From positions 48,980,001 to 49,044,000 of the forward strand of contig OZ024748.1 of assembly GCA_964016885.1 (NCBI GenBank): 64,000 bases of DNA, read 5' to 3'. The notes below the pieces were generated by a model. It made no database searches. It saw nothing but the letters and a program-made list of their open reading frames with translations, and was not told where the DNA came from. The DNA comes from Eledone cirrhosa (Eukaryota). This document shows, piece by piece, positions 1-14,076 of the stretch (positions are counted from its first letter, which is position 1; each line of letters starts with the position of its first letter). The position numbers and the translations under genes are program-made.

Positions 1-189
1 GATTCTGTGTTCAGGTTTTATCTATGTATATGTGCTAATACCTCTGTTGACAACAAACGACTTCTCCCTACAAAAGAAAGGTCATCTGTATGACACGTGT
101 GCAGTACGATGCTGCATCATCGTGAGACGTGGGCAGTGACTGGAGAGAAATGAAGCAATCCTGTTTTGATGGATATGCAATTTTAGTGT

Positions 190-930
190 GTTCATGCAGA
201 AGAGAAGTCTTCACAGGTATGAACCTGTGATGTAAATGAATGACAATCGCTTGGTGAAAAAATGCCAAGAAATCTCAGTGGAAGGAAGCCACATTAGAAG
301 ACTAAGCAAGGAAGGCCTGGGCAGAGGTAGTGAATAATGGTGAGAATGGTGAAGAATCAGTAAGACCAACAAACCAGAATGTGTCCTTGACATGTAAAAG
401 TATTATGGGAGATGAAGTTTCAAACGGATAAGTAAATGGAACATTCACAACGAGATATTGTTCTACTCAATAAAGAGGAAGTTAATCAATGCTGCTTGCC
501 CATTTGATAAGGGAGTAGTAGACATAGAAAGTGAGAAAATAGAGAATTACTAAGATCTGAAATATGAAATACAGAGAAGCTAGAATTGTTGCCAAATTGT
601 TATCCCAATTGTACTAGGAGCCTTACAGACAGTGGCTAGAATGTTGAATATCCTGAGTCTACAGAAAGATTACACCATATGAAAGGTACTAGATAGACCT
701 AGGGCTCTACAGTGGACACAAGTTTGAATGATTGGTTGAAGAGGTTGGATATTGAGGGGAATTTTCTGACTCTACAGAAGGCTTGATTGCTTGGCACAGC
801 AAGAACCATGTGAAAGGTGCTAGATACATTTAAGGCTGCTGGAAACAGCTTGATATCTAGCATTCTAAATACCAACAGAGGAACAAAGAAAGCTAAGCAA
901 AAAGAAGATAATAATAATAATAATAATAAG
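190..930 (+). mobile_element. Decayed Dong/R4-type non-LTR retrotransposon 3' fragments
   Basis: Frameshifted restriction-like endonuclease motifs (QTDK, CPFD, EKIENY*DLKYEI, PIVLGAL, LQKA*LLGTAR) and an (AAT)n tail; same family type as 21066-21525. Confidence 0.75.
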
Positions 931-1380
931 GATTTCTTTATTAACCACAAGAGTTTACATAAAGAAAAACATTAAGGATGGTACAAATATGGGTTTCTGT
1001 GTGTATAAAAGGAAACGCAATAACAATAACAAAAGATGTAACAAAAAAAATAGAAGCAAAAACAAATTCCCCAATAGAGGGGAAACCACCGAAGGTTACT
1101 CATAGAGAAGCCCACAAATTCCACAATCACCCTGACCACTAGGGCAAGCACCCTCTCCCAGTCATTGCCTCCCGTATTTCAGCAGCAGTTATTCACAGCA
1201 CTCCACCTCCATCACCAAGAGCTGTGGCAGGCTGTAGAGGTAGAGACTAAACTCCATTCCGCAATCTGGCTGGCCACTGTTCCCAAACAGTTGAGCGAAG
1301 TGGCGCTGTAAAGCTGCACACATCTGCTCAGGGTCGACTAATATGTGCCTGTCGTGGTGCGCCAAAGACTGGATCATGGC
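931..1380 (-). mobile_element. L1/Tx1-like LINE fragment (ORF2 linker plus 3' UTR)
   Basis: IQSL...VDPEQMC...FAQLF...LPQL...ITAAEIREAM resembles the EN-RT linker. The 3' UTR ending ttaataaagaaatc is homologous to 43790-43981. Confidence 0.55.
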
Positions 1381-1879
1381 TTGAGATACAGAAAATAGTA
1401 CTGACTGTTACTGTCCATGTCTTGAGAAGGGAATTACCAATTCAAATACCTTGCAAAGACATTTATTGTAGTTTATGCTCTTGTATCATCATTTGTCTGA
1501 CAATTGATTGCACCAAATCAGGTGTCAGGTTGACACTTGGCAAGATATGAGAAATAAGCAAAATTCAAAAGTTTCAAGTAAAAATAATAATAATAATAAT
1601 AGATATGAATTTAAACAGATAATGTGCACATCTATAAAGCAAATGATATACTTGTAACTATGTAGAGTGTGTGAGGTGAACAATCTGGTGTGTTTATTTT
1701 TGTGGCTTATCAAAGTATGCAGTGTGTTTCTCTGCCCTAGGGGCCAGGAAGGCACTTGGCAAGAAATGGAAACAAAACTGCTTAACTAAACAACAAGTCA
1801 CACAGTTAACCACTTGTTAATTCTCTAGTTAACTGTGTATTGATGTGTTTATATATCATAGGCAATTATTCCACTCGAG

Positions 1880-2890
1880 ACAACCACCACCACTATCACA
1901 TACACACACCACCACCACCACCACTACCATATACACACCACCACCATTACCATACACACACCACCTCCATCACCATACACACACCACTACCACTATCACA
2001 TACACACACCACCACCACCACTACCATACACACACCAGCTCCATTACCGTACACACACACCACTATCACATATACAACTACCTCCACCACCATACACACA
2101 CCACCACCACCACTACCATACACACACCACCACCACCACCACTACCATACACACACCACCTCCATCACCACACACACACCACCAATACCATACACACACC
2201 ACCTCCATCACCACACACACACCACCTCCATCACCACACACACACCACCAATACCATACACACACCACCTCCATCACCACACACACACCACCTCCATCAC
2301 CACACACACACCACCAATACCATACACACACCACCTCCATCACCACACACACACCACCTCCATCACCACACACACACACCACCTCCATCACCACACACAC
2401 ACCACCTCCATCACCACACACACACCACCACTACCATATACACACCACCTCCATTACCATACACACTCCACCTCCACCACCATACACACACCACCTCCAC
2501 CACCATACACACACCACCACCATTACCATACACACACCACCTCCATCACCACACACACACCACCTCCACCACCATACACACACCACCACCACTACCATAC
2601 ACACACCACCTCCATCACCACACACACACCACTTCCATCACCACACACACACCACCATACACACACCACCACCACCACCACTACCATATACACACCACCT
2701 CCATTACCATACACATTCCACCTCCACCACCATACACACACCACCTCCACCACCATACACACACCACCACCATTACCATACACACACCACCACCATTACC
2801 ATACACACACCACCTCCATCACCATACACACACCACCTCCACCACACACACAACTCCACCACCATACACACACCACCTCTACCACCACCC
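1880..2890. repeat. Compound (CAC)n/(CA)n simple repeat
   Basis: Recurring caccacctccatcaccacacacaca-type units. Confidence 0.95.
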
Positions 2891-3229
2891 CCACCCACTT
2901 TTATCCCCCCCCAGCCACCTTTCTGTCCCCCTTCTCTTTATCTCCCTCCCTTTACCCACCCTCACCCACTTTTCTGACCCCCTCTCACCCAACTTCCTGC
3001 CCCCTCTCCCTCACCCACCTTCCTGCCACCTCTCCCTCACCCACCTTCCTGTCCCCCCACCCCACCTTTCTGACCCCCCCCCCTCCCTTCTATCCTATCC
3101 TACAACTCTTCTCTGTATTCTTCAACTTTAGCAGAAATTGTTTTTGGTTTACATTTCAAATATTTTACAGTTATTTCCACTACCCCCACCTCCACCATCT
3201 CCTAATCTCCTGGGTTCTTATTTTATTTG

Positions 3230-6200
3230 ATAATGATAATGATGATGATGGTGATGGTGTTGGTGGTGGTGGTGGTGGTGGTGAGGAGGATGATAATGAT
3301 TATGGTGGTGGTAGTGGGAGGATGGTGGTGGTGGTGATAGTAATAATGATAATGGTGATGGTGGTAGTAGGCAGTATGGCAGTGGTGGTGGTGGTGGTAG
3401 GTAGTATGGCAGTGGTGGTGGTAGGCAGTATGGCAGTAGTGGTGGTGGTAGTAGTGGTGGTGGTAGGCAGTATGGCAGTAGTGGTGGTGGTGGTGGTAGG
3501 CAGTATGGCAGTGGTGGTGGTAGGCAGTATGGCAGTAGTGGTGATGGTGGTAGTAGGCAGTATGGCAGTGGTGGTGGTGGTGGTAGGTAGTATGGCAGTG
3601 GTGGTGGTGGTAGGCAGTATGGCAGTAGTGGTGGTGGTAGTAGTGGTGGTGGTAGGCAGTAGTGGTGGTGGTGGTGGTGGTAGGCAGTATGGCAGTGGTG
3701 GTGGTAGGCAGTATGGCAGTAGTGGTGATGGTGGTAGTAGGCAGCATGGCAGTGGTGGTGGTGGTAGGCAGTATGGCAGTGGTGGTGGTGGTAGTAGGCA
3801 GTATGGCAGTGGTGGTGGTGGTAGGCAGTATGGCAGTGGTGGTGGTAGGCAGTATGGCAGTAGTGGTGATGGTGGTAGTAGGCAGCATGGCAGTAGTGGT
3901 GGTGGTAGGCAGTATGGCAGTGGTGGTGGTGGTAGTAGGCAGTATGGCAGTGGTGGTGGTGGTAGGCAGTATGGTAGTAGTGGTGGTGGTAGGCAGTATG
4001 GCAGTGGTGGTGGTAGGCAGTATGGCAGTAGTGGTGATGGTGGTAGTAGGCAGTATGGCAGTGGTGGTGGTGGTAGGCAGTATGGCAGTGGTGGGGGTGG
4101 TAGGCAGTATGGCAGTAGTGGTGGTGGTGGTAGGCAGTATGGCAGCAGTGGTGGTGGTAGGCAGTATGGCAGTAGTGGTGGTGGTAGGCAGTATGGCAGT
4201 GGTGGTGGTGGTGGTAGGCAGTATCGCAGTGGTGGGGGTGGTAGTAGGCAGTATGGCAGTGGTGGTGGTGGTAGGCAGTATGGCAGTAGTGGTGGTGGTG
4301 GTAGGCAGTATGGCAGTGGTTGGGGTGTCAGTATGGCAGTGGTGGTAGGCAGTATGGCAGTGGTGGTGGTGGTAGTAGGCAGTATGGCAGTGGTGGGGGT
4401 GGTAGTAGGCAGTATGGCAGTAGTGGTGGTGGTTGGCAGTAGTGGTGGTGGTGGTAGGCAGTATGGTAGTGGTGGGGGTGTCAGTGTGGTGGTGGTGGTA
4501 GGCAGTATGGCAGCAGTAGTGGTGGTGGTGGTGGTAGGCAGTATGGCAGCAGTAGTGGTGGTGGTGGTGGTAGGCAGTATGGCAGCAGTAGTGGTGGTGG
4601 TGGTGGTGGTAGGCAGTATGGCAGCAGTAGTGGTGGTGGTGGTGGTAGGCAGTATGGCAGTGGCGGTGGTGGTAGGCAGTATGGCAGTAGTGGTGGTGGT
4701 GGTGGTAGGCAGTATGGCAGTAGTGGTGGTGGTGGTAGGCAGTATGGCAGTAGTGGTGGTGGTGGTGATAGGCAGTATGGTGGTGGTGGTGGTGGTGGTA
4801 GGCAGTATGGCAGTGGCGGTGGTGGTAAGCAGTATGGCAGTGGTGGTGGTGGTAGGCAGTATGGCAGTGGTGGTGGCAGTATGGCAGTGGTGGTGGTGGC
4901 AGTATGGCAGTAGTGGTGGTGGTGGTGGTGGCAGTATGGCAGTGGTGGTGGTAGGCAGTATGGCAGTGGTGGTGGTGGTGGTAGGCAGTATGGCAGTGGT
5001 GGTGGTGGTGGTAGGCAGTATGGCAGTGGAGGTGGTGGTGGTAGGCAGTATGGCAGTGGTGGTGGTGGTAGGCAGTATGACAGTGGTGGTGGTGGTGGTA
5101 GGCAGTATGGCAGTGGTGGTGGTGGTAGGCAGTATGGCAGTGGTGGTGGTGGTGGTAGGCAGTATGGCAGTGGTGGTGGTGGTGGTGGTGGTGGTAGGCA
5201 GTATGGCAGTAGTGGTGGTGGTGGTGGTAGGCAGTATGGTGGTGGTGGTAGGCAGTATGGCAGTAGTGGTGGTGGTGGTGGTAGGCAGTATGGTGGTGGT
5301 GGTAGGCAGTATGGCAGTAGTGGTGGTGGTGGTGGTAGGCAGTATGGCAGTAGTGGTGGTGGTGGTGGTAGGCAGTATGGTGGTGGTGGTAGGCAGTATG
5401 GCAGTAGTGGTGGTGGTGGTAGGCAGTATGGCAGTAGTGGTGGTGGTGGTGGTAGGCAGTATGGCAGTAGTGGTGGTGGTGGTGGTAGGCAGTATGGCAG
5501 TAGTGGTGGTGGTGATGGTAGGCAGTATGGTGGTGGTGGTAGGCAGTATGGCAGTAGTGGTGGTGGTGGTGGTAGGCAGTATGGCAGTAGTGGTGGTGGT
5601 GGTGGTAGGCAGTATGGCAGTAGTGGTGGTGGTGGTGGTAGGCAGTATGGTGGTGGTGGTAGGCAGTATGGCAGTAGTGGTGGTGGTGGTGGTAGGCAGT
5701 ATGGCAGTAGTGGTGGTGGTGGTGGTAGGCAGTATGGTGGTGGTGGTAGGCAGTATGGCAGTAGTGGTGGTGGTGGTGGTAGGCAGTATGGTGGTGGTGG
5801 TGGTAGGCAGTATGGCAGTGGCGGTGGTGGTAAGCAGTATGGCAGTGGTGGTGGTGGTGGTGGTAGGCAGTATGGCAGTGGTGGTGGTGGCAGTATGGCA
5901 GTAGTGGTGGTGGTAGGCAGTATGGCAGTGGTGGTGGTGGTGGCAGTATGGCAGTGGTGGTGGTAGGCAGTATGGCAGTGGTGGTGGTGGTGGTTGGCAG
6001 TGGTGGTGGTGGTGGTAGGCAGTATGGCAGTGGAGGTGGTGGTGGTAGGCAGTATGGCAGTGGAGGTGGTGGTGGTAGGCAGTATGACAGTGGTGGTGGT
6101 GGTGGTAGGCAGTATGGCAGTGGTGGTGGTGGTGGTAGGCAGTATGGCAGTGGTGGTGGTGGTGGTAGGCAGTATGACAGTGGTGGTGGTGGTGGTGGTG
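3230..6200. repeat. (GGT)n-based variable minisatellite
   Basis: AGGCAGTATGGCAGT core separated by variable (GGT)n runs. Confidence 0.95.
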
Positions 6201-6687
6201 ATTTGGCTTTTCTTTCATTTTTTTTAAACCAAGCACCAAACAACAACAACAATAACGTTAAGTTTGGATTTTTTCCAATTGTCACACCTACCTCCCCTCC
6301 TCACCTCCCCCCCTCCCCCCCCCCCCACTACCTATTCATCCTCCCACCTACCTCCTCACCCCCACACCTACCTATTCAACCTTCCACCTACCTCCTCACC
6401 CCCACACTTACCTCCTCAGCCTCCCACTCAAATTGAATTTTCTTGTCTTCATTCTTTAAACTAATGTAGTGTAATATTTATGTATATATATATACACACA
6501 CACACACACACATATTTATGTACATATATACTTATATACATACATATGTATGTTTGTGTGTGTGTGTATGTATCTATGTATGTATGTGTGTATACACACC
6601 AACTGCTCCATGGTAGCAGCAAGCTAGACTGATGAAGAAAAACTATTGATCTGGTGTTGGTCTTGGTTGTTGGCTATTTCCGGCCAA

Positions 6688-7935
6688 CACCACACCTCAT
6701 CCTACCACACCACACTACACTACACTACACTACACCACCCTCCCTCATACCACACCTCACTACACTACACTACCCTCCCTCATACCACACCTCACTACAC
6801 TACACCACCCTCCCTCATACCACACCTCACTACACCACCCTCCACCACCTCCTCACCCTCCATCATACTACACCATACCACCCTCCACCACACTACACCA
6901 CCCTCCATCATACCACACCTCACTACACCACCTCCTCACCCTCCATCACACTACACCATACCACTATACTATACCACCTTCCAATACACTACACCACCCT
7001 CCATCACACCACACCACACCACCCTCCATCACACCACACCACACCACACCACACTACACTACACCACACCACACCACCCTCCATCACACCACACCACACC
7101 ACACCACACCACACCACACCACACCACACCACACCACACTACACCACACAACTACTACTCCACTACTATTACTACTACTACCACCACCACAACCATACTA
7201 CTACTATTACTACCACCACCACCACCAACACACTGTCACCCCACTACCACCACAAACACTATTACCCCCACCACCACATTTACACTACCACCAACACACT
7301 GCCACCACCACACTACCACCAACACACTGCCACCACCACACTACCACCAACACACTGCCACCACCACACTACCACCAACACACTGCCACCACCACAGTAC
7401 TACCACCACACTACCACCAACACACTGCCACCACCACACTACCACCAACACACTGCCACCACCACAGTACTACCACCACACTACCACCAACACACTGCCA
7501 CCACCACACTACCACCAACACACTACCACCACACTAACATCACACCACACTACTACCACACCACACTACCACCACACCACACTACCACCAACACACTGCC
7601 ACCATACTAACACCACCACCACACTACCACCAACACACTACACTACCACCAACACACTGCCATCACACTACCACCACCACCAACACACTGCCACCACACT
7701 ACCACCACCACCAACACACTGCCACCACACTACCACCACCACACTAACACCACCACAGTAACACCACACTACCACCACCACACTACCACCAACACATTGC
7801 CACCACACTACCACTAACACACTGCCACCATACTAACACCACCACACTACCATCACACCACACTACCACCACCACACTAACACCACACCACACTACCACC
7901 ACCACCACCACTACTACTACTACTATAACAACCAC
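6688..7935. repeat. (CAC)/(CACAC)n compound repeat
   Basis: acaccacacc and cactaccaccaacacactgccacc units. Confidence 0.93.
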
Positions 7936-8006
7936 AACTAGCTGTTCAATTAATAGAGCACACATTGAACAAGACACAGTTGTAGTAACATTAGAGGGGG
8001 TGATAA

Positions 8007-9900
8007 AGAGAGAGAGAGAGAGATTGTATGTGTGAGAGTGAGAGAGAGAGAGAATGTATGTGTGTGAGTGAGAGAGAGAGAGAATGTATGTGTGTGAGTG
8101 AGAGAGAGAGAGAAAGTATGTGTGTGAGAGAGAGAGAATGTATGTGTGAGAGAGAGCGAGAATGTATGTGTGAGAGAGAGAGAATGTATGTGTGTGAGAG
8201 AGAGAGAGAATGTATGTGTGTGAGAGAGAGAGAGAATGTGTGCGAGTGAGTGAGAGAGAGAATGTATGTGTGAGAGAGAGAGAGAATGTATGTGTGTGAG
8301 AGAGAGAGCGAGAGAGAATGTATGTGTGAGAGAGAGCGAGAGAGATTGTATGTGTGAGAGATAGAATGTATGTGAGAGAGAGAGAGAGAATGTATGTGAG
8401 AGAGAGAGAGAGAATGTATGTGAGAGAGAGAGAGAGAATGTATGTGAGAGAGAGAGAGAATGTATGTGTGAGAGAGTGAGAGAATGTATGTGTGAGAGAG
8501 AGAGAGGGAATGTATGTGAGAGAGAGAGAGAGATTGTATGTGTGTGAGAGAGAGAGAGAGAATGTATGTGAGAGAGAGAGAGAATGTATGTGTGAGAGAG
8601 TGAGAGAATGTATGTGTGAGAGAGTGAGAGAATGTATGTGTGAGAGAGAGAGAGAGAATGTATGTGTGTGAGAGAGAGAGAGAATGTATGTGTGAGAGAG
8701 TGAGAGAATGTATGTGTGAGAGAGAGAGCAAGAGAGAATGTATGTGAGAGAGAGAGAGAATGTATGTGTGAGAGAGAGTGAGAGAATGTATGTGTGAGAG
8801 AGAGAGCAAGAGAGAATGTATGTGAGAGAGAGAGAGAATGTATGTGTGAGAGAGAGAGAGAGAATGTATGTGTGAGAGAGAGAGCAAGAGAGAATGTATG
8901 TGAGAGAGAGAGAGAATGTATGTGTGAGAGAGAGAGAATGTATGTGTGAGAGAGAGAGAATGTATGTGTGTGAGAGAGAGAGAATGTATGTGAGAGAGAG
9001 AGAGAATGTATGTGTGAGAGAGAGAGAATGTATGTGTGTGAGAGAGAGAGAATGTATGTGTGAGAGAGGGAGAGAATGTATGTGTGAGAGAGAGAGAGAA
9101 TGTATGTGAGAGAGAGAGAGAGAATGTATGTGTGAGAGAGAGAGAGAATGTATGTGTGAGAGAGAGAGAGAATGTATGTGTGAGAGAGAGAGAGAGAATG
9201 TATGTGTGAGAGAGAGAGCAAGAGAGATTGTATGTGTGAGAGAGTGAGAGAATGTATGTGTGAGAGAGAGAGAGAATGTATGTGTGAGAGAGAGAGAGAA
9301 TGTATGTGAGAGAGCAAGAGAGAATGTATGTGTGAGAGAGAGAGAATGTATGTGTGAGAGAGAGAGAATGTATGTGTGAGAGAGAGAGAATGTATGTGTG
9401 TGAGAGAGAGAGAATGTATGTGAGAGAGAGAGAGAATGTATGTGTGAGAGAGAGAGAATGTATGTGTGTGAGAGAGAGAGAATGTATGTGTGAGAGAGGG
9501 AGAGAATGTATGTGTGAGAGAGAGAGAGAATGTATGTGAGAGAGAGAGAGAGAATGTATGTGTGAGAGAGAGAGAGAATGTATGTGTGAGAGAGAGAGAG
9601 AGAATGTATGTGTGAGAGAGAGAGCAAGAGAGATTGTATGTGTGAGAGAGTGAGAGAATGTATGTGTGAGAGAGTGAGAGAATGTATGTGTGAGAGAGAG
9701 AGAGAGAATGTATGTGTGAGAGAGAGAGCAAGAGAGATTGTATGTGTGAGAGAGAGAGAATGTATGTGTGTGAGAGAGAGAGAGAATGTATGTGTGTGAG
9801 AGAGAGAGAGAATGTATGTGAGAGAGAGAGAGAGAATGTATGTGTGAGAGAGAGAGAGAATGTATGTGTGAGAGAGAGAGAGAATGTATGTGTGAGAGAG
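8007..9900. repeat. (GA)n-ATGTAT-(GT)n compound repeat
   Basis: gagagagagaatgtatgtgt units with larger internal duplications. Confidence 0.95.
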
Positions 9901-10116
9901 GTGAAGGTCTTGTGACAGCTAGCTGTAATGATTTCTTCACTAACCATTTATTTCTAGATTCAATGCTTGTCAACTTGCAACATTTTGATACATTTTTGAC
10001 CTTGTCATTTATAGCACCACCGCAACAGCAACACACTGCACTTATATACTTTTATTTTAGTTTTTTATTTGCTGTTGTTGCACATCAGAATTGTTGTAAT
10101 CACAATTTCTGTTGCA

Positions 10117-11443
10117 TTTATTATATATCTTAACTGTGGCTATAGTAGAAATTATTTATTATATATCTTATCTGTGGTTATAGTAGAAATTATTTATTAT
10201 ATATCTTAACTGTGGCTATAGTAGAAATTATTTATTATATATCTTAACTGTGGCTATAGTAGAAATTATTTATTATATATCATAACTGTGGCTATAGTAG
10301 AAATTATTTATTATATATCTTAACTGTGGCTATAGTAGAAATTATTTATTATATATCTTAACTGTGGCTATAGTAGAAATTATTTATTATATATCTTATC
10401 TGTGGTTATAGTAGAAATTATTTATTATATATCTTAACTGTGGCTATAGTAGAAATTATTTATTATATATCTTATCTGTGGTTATAGTAGAAATTATTTA
10501 TTATATATCTTAACTGTGGCTATAGTAGAAATTATTTATTATATATCTTAACTGTGGCTATAGTAGAAATTATTTATTATATATCTTATCTGTGGTTATA
10601 GTAGAAATTATTTATTATATATCTTAACTGTGGCTATAGTAGAAATTATTTATTATATATCTTAACTGTGGCTATAGTAGAAATTATTTATTATATATCA
10701 TAACTGTGGCTATAGTAGAAATTATTTATTATATATCTTATCTGTGGCTATACTAGAAATTATTTATTATATATCTTATCTGTGGTTATAGTAGAAATTA
10801 TTTATTATATATCTTAACTGTGGCTATAGTAGAAATTATTTATTATATATCTTAACTGTGGCTATAGTAGAAATTATTTATTATATATCTTATCTGTGGC
10901 TATACTAGAAATTATTTATTATATATCTTATCTGTGGCTATACTAGAAATTATTTATTATATATCTTATCTGTGGCTATAGTAGAAATTATTTATTATAT
11001 ATCTTATCTGTGGCTATACTAGAAATTATTTATTATATATCTTATCTGTGGCTATAGTAGAAATTATTTATTATATATCTTATCTGTGGCTATAGTAGAA
11101 ATTATTTATTATATATCTTATCTGTGGCTATAGTAGAAATTATTTATTATATATCTTATCTGTGGCTATAGTAGAAATTATTTATTATATATCTTAACTG
11201 TGGCTATAGTAGAAATTATTTATTATATATCTTAACTGTGGCTATAGTAGAAATTATTTATTATATATCTTATCTGTGGCTATAGTAGAAATTATTTATT
11301 ATATATCTTAACTGTGGCTATAGTAGAAATTATTTATTATATATCTTATCTGTGGCTATAGTAGAAATTATTTATTATATATCTTAACTGTGACTATAGT
11401 AGAAATTATTTATTATATATCTTATCTGTGGCTATAGTAGAAA
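10117..11443. repeat. 38-bp minisatellite, about 35 copies
   Basis: Unit tatagtagaaattatttattatatatcttaactgtggc with a/t and c/t variants. Confidence 0.96.
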
Positions 11444-12480
11444 TCACCCCCACTACCATTGTCACCACCATCATCATCGTTATCACCACCACCACCATCG
11501 CCATCATCATCATCATCATCATCATAATCATCACCATCATCATCGTTATCACCACCACCACCATCGTCACCATCACCATCATCATCATCATAATCATCAT
11601 CACCACCACCACCATCACCATCATCATTATTATTGTTATTATTATTGTTAGGGCAGAGGATTGGTAGTATTGGTAGAACACTGGACAACATGCTTTCCTG
11701 AATATAGTTACAGTCCTTTACGTTCTGAGTTCAAATCCTGCAGAGCTTTGTCTCTTCCTCTGTCATGGGCCCTATTGTTTCGTCCTTACAGCTTGATTAC
11801 CCCCACATCACTATCATTTAACATCTATTTTACTTGCTAGCCAGAGTTGGGCAGTCCATCACAGATCTAGCCAGTGCTTAATCTCGGGTTCGGGAGTTAC
11901 TGACCAATCTAACAGGCCTCTCGTCTCACTTCCATAGTTTCCTATACTTTACAGAGTGTAGTAGGTGTATTTTATCATAGCTCCAGCATTAGGGAGGTTG
12001 TCATGTCTTTAACACATCTGAAGCATCCTACCAACCCTTTGTTTGGCAACTTTCTATGGCTGGATGCCTCTCCTATCATCAACCACTTTACAAAGTCAAC
12101 TGGGATAATAGTCAAAGACTGAAAAACAAAAATAAATAAATAAAATAAAATTAAAAAAAAAACATGCACACTGACAGACATTGCAGTTCCATCTAACCAA
12201 AATATTAAAAATTAATTGAAGAAAAAAAATAGTGAAAATACAAGGATCTTGAAATATAGAAGATGTGGGGACATGAACATAAAAAGGGTGCCAACACTGG
12301 TTGTATATACCAAAAATATGGACAAAAACAAAGTGCCATATCAAGGCTAAAAAAATTGACCTTTGACCTCATCAATAGGGATCATTATTTCTGCTTAATT
12401 TATTTACCATTTTGTCATTAGTTTTTTATTCTAAGCTATTAACTTATTTATTTTATTTATTTATTGTCTTTTATTTCCAG

Positions 12481-12593
12481 CTTTGGGTGGAATGGTTTGG
12501 TGATCATACTTTTACTCAGGTGGAACCAGAAAAACTGAAGACTTTGTCGGAAGGTTTAGAAGCACATCACCGTGCACGGAAAAAATATAGAAA
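12481..12593 (+). CDS. MBD5: MBD5-like PWWP-domain protein, penultimate coding exon
   Basis: Pyrimidine tract ttccag| acceptor and |gtacgt donor. Encodes LWVEWFGDHTFTQVEPEKLKTLSEGLEAHHRARKKYR, matching the recalled MBD5 PWWP C-terminal half (VEPEKLKTLTEGLEA). No upstream exon was found in 1-12480. Confidence 0.9.
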
Positions 12594-12636
12594 GTACGTA
12601 GATATGTGTCTGTGTGTGTGTGTGTGTGTATATATA

Positions 12637-12679
<43 letters not shown>

Positions 12680-12706
12680 TATTTCTTAGTGTTTTGTCTT
12701 TCTTAA

Positions 12707-12930
12707 CCCTTTAATGTTCAAACCGGCCAAAACCGGCCAGAATTCTCTACCTCTTTCTGTTGAAACTGGCTGTAACTGGTCACTCATACTGATGTTAAGG
12801 TATTGTTCTCAAAATAAATACTTTCAAAATCTCATAGATTTGATATTATGTGAGCTAATTATGTGAGGTAAAGCATTTATTTACCATGAAAATATAATAG
12901 TATATATAGAGTAATGTGAATGCTAAAGGG
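12707..12930. mobile_element. piggyBac-type MITE
   Basis: TTAA|CCCTTTA...TAAAGGG|TTAA; inverted homolog at 50810-51026. Confidence 0.75.
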
Positions 12931-12987
12931 TTAAGTGTATGTTTTGTCTCTTGACTTCATTTCCTTCAGCAGCAGCAGCAGCAGCAG

Positions 12988-13062
<75 letters not shown>

Positions 13063-13437
13063 TATTGTTATCTTTATAACCTCTGCTCATTTGTTATGAC
13101 CAGAACTTCCAATATTTCCTTCAAATTTAAGTCTCTAAGACTTTTCTCAAAATTCTTGCTGTTCCTAACAAAGCTGTCTTTTTGTGGCGTGTATGTTTTT
13201 ATCACTATCGGTAGAGCATCGGACGCCATGCTCATGGCACTGAGTTACACCCCTTTACGTTCTGACTTCAACTCCCACTGGTTATCTTAGCCTTTTATCC
13301 TTACAGGGTTGATAAGATAAAGTACCGGAAACACACTAGGGTTGGTTTAATCGCCTCACCCTAGGCCAAATTGTTGGCCTTGTGGCTAAATCAGAAACCA
13401 TTATCATTATTATAATCATGATTATAATAATGATAAT

Positions 13438-13622
13438 GTGGATTGGCAGTATCGGTAGAGGGTCGGACACCGTGCTTTCCAGCATAGTTACGTCCCTTTA
13501 CGATCTGAGTTCAAATCCCGCCGAGGTTGACTTTGCCTTTCATCCTTACGGGGTCGATAAAATAAAGTACCAGTAATGCACTGGGTAATTGCTGGCCTTG
13601 TGCCTAAAGTAGAAACAATTAT
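13438..13622 (+). mobile_element. tRNA-derived SINE family A
   Basis: A box TGGCAGTATCGG, B box GAGTTCAAATCC and central gcctttcatccttacggggtcgataaaataaagtacc (resembles the Meta domain, from memory). More than 15 full or partial copies in the window. Confidence 0.85.
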
Positions 13623-14076
13623 TATAATCATGATTGTATATCCACCTTCCTTGTGGCTTGGGTTGGACAGTTTGTCACAATCTGAGACTGGACAGATCGG
13701 AGCAACTCATCTTGCTTCATCATCATCAGCATCTCATTATCGAACTAGTTTTATTAGATCTGCTTCAGCTAGGGTTCATTTAGCAACTCTGTTACTCGCC
13801 AACAGTCTACCCTTTACTACCTTTCTGATGATTGTAAAAGCACGTGATAATTTTCCCTTTCGAAAATGTCACTGGTAGCAGTCAGTTCAGAGAATCTGTC
13901 CTACACTGAGTGAGTCTCTTGACAAGCCGAAACCTCACAGCTTCAGTGCACTCCAACTGCACTTTAGCTGCATACCAATCAGCAAAACAACAGCATTCAG
14001 GACTTTGAAGAAAAACTTGGTATATTTTTGTCTATTTGCTCTTCATACTTATAATTTTATATATATATATATATAT

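Noticed and set aside
1840-6436. 1354-aa and overlapping ORFs with GGGGRQYGS, GSMAVVVV and His/Thr-rich repeats resembling structural proteins
   Set aside because: Open in several frames on both strands because the repeats lack stops. The repeat register switches mid-ORF, and the region is probably intronic to MBD5.
7783-10036. 600-680 aa SLSHT-repeat ORFs
   Set aside because: Translation of a (TC)/(CA) compound microsatellite.
10117-11443. Regular 38-bp array (also the 31- and 46-bp arrays) as CRISPR-like
   Set aside because: Head-to-tail units with no unique spacers, no cas genes, eukaryotic context.
13438-13520. tRNA gene suggested by A and B boxes
   Set aside because: No cloverleaf; continues into a SINE body repeated many times.
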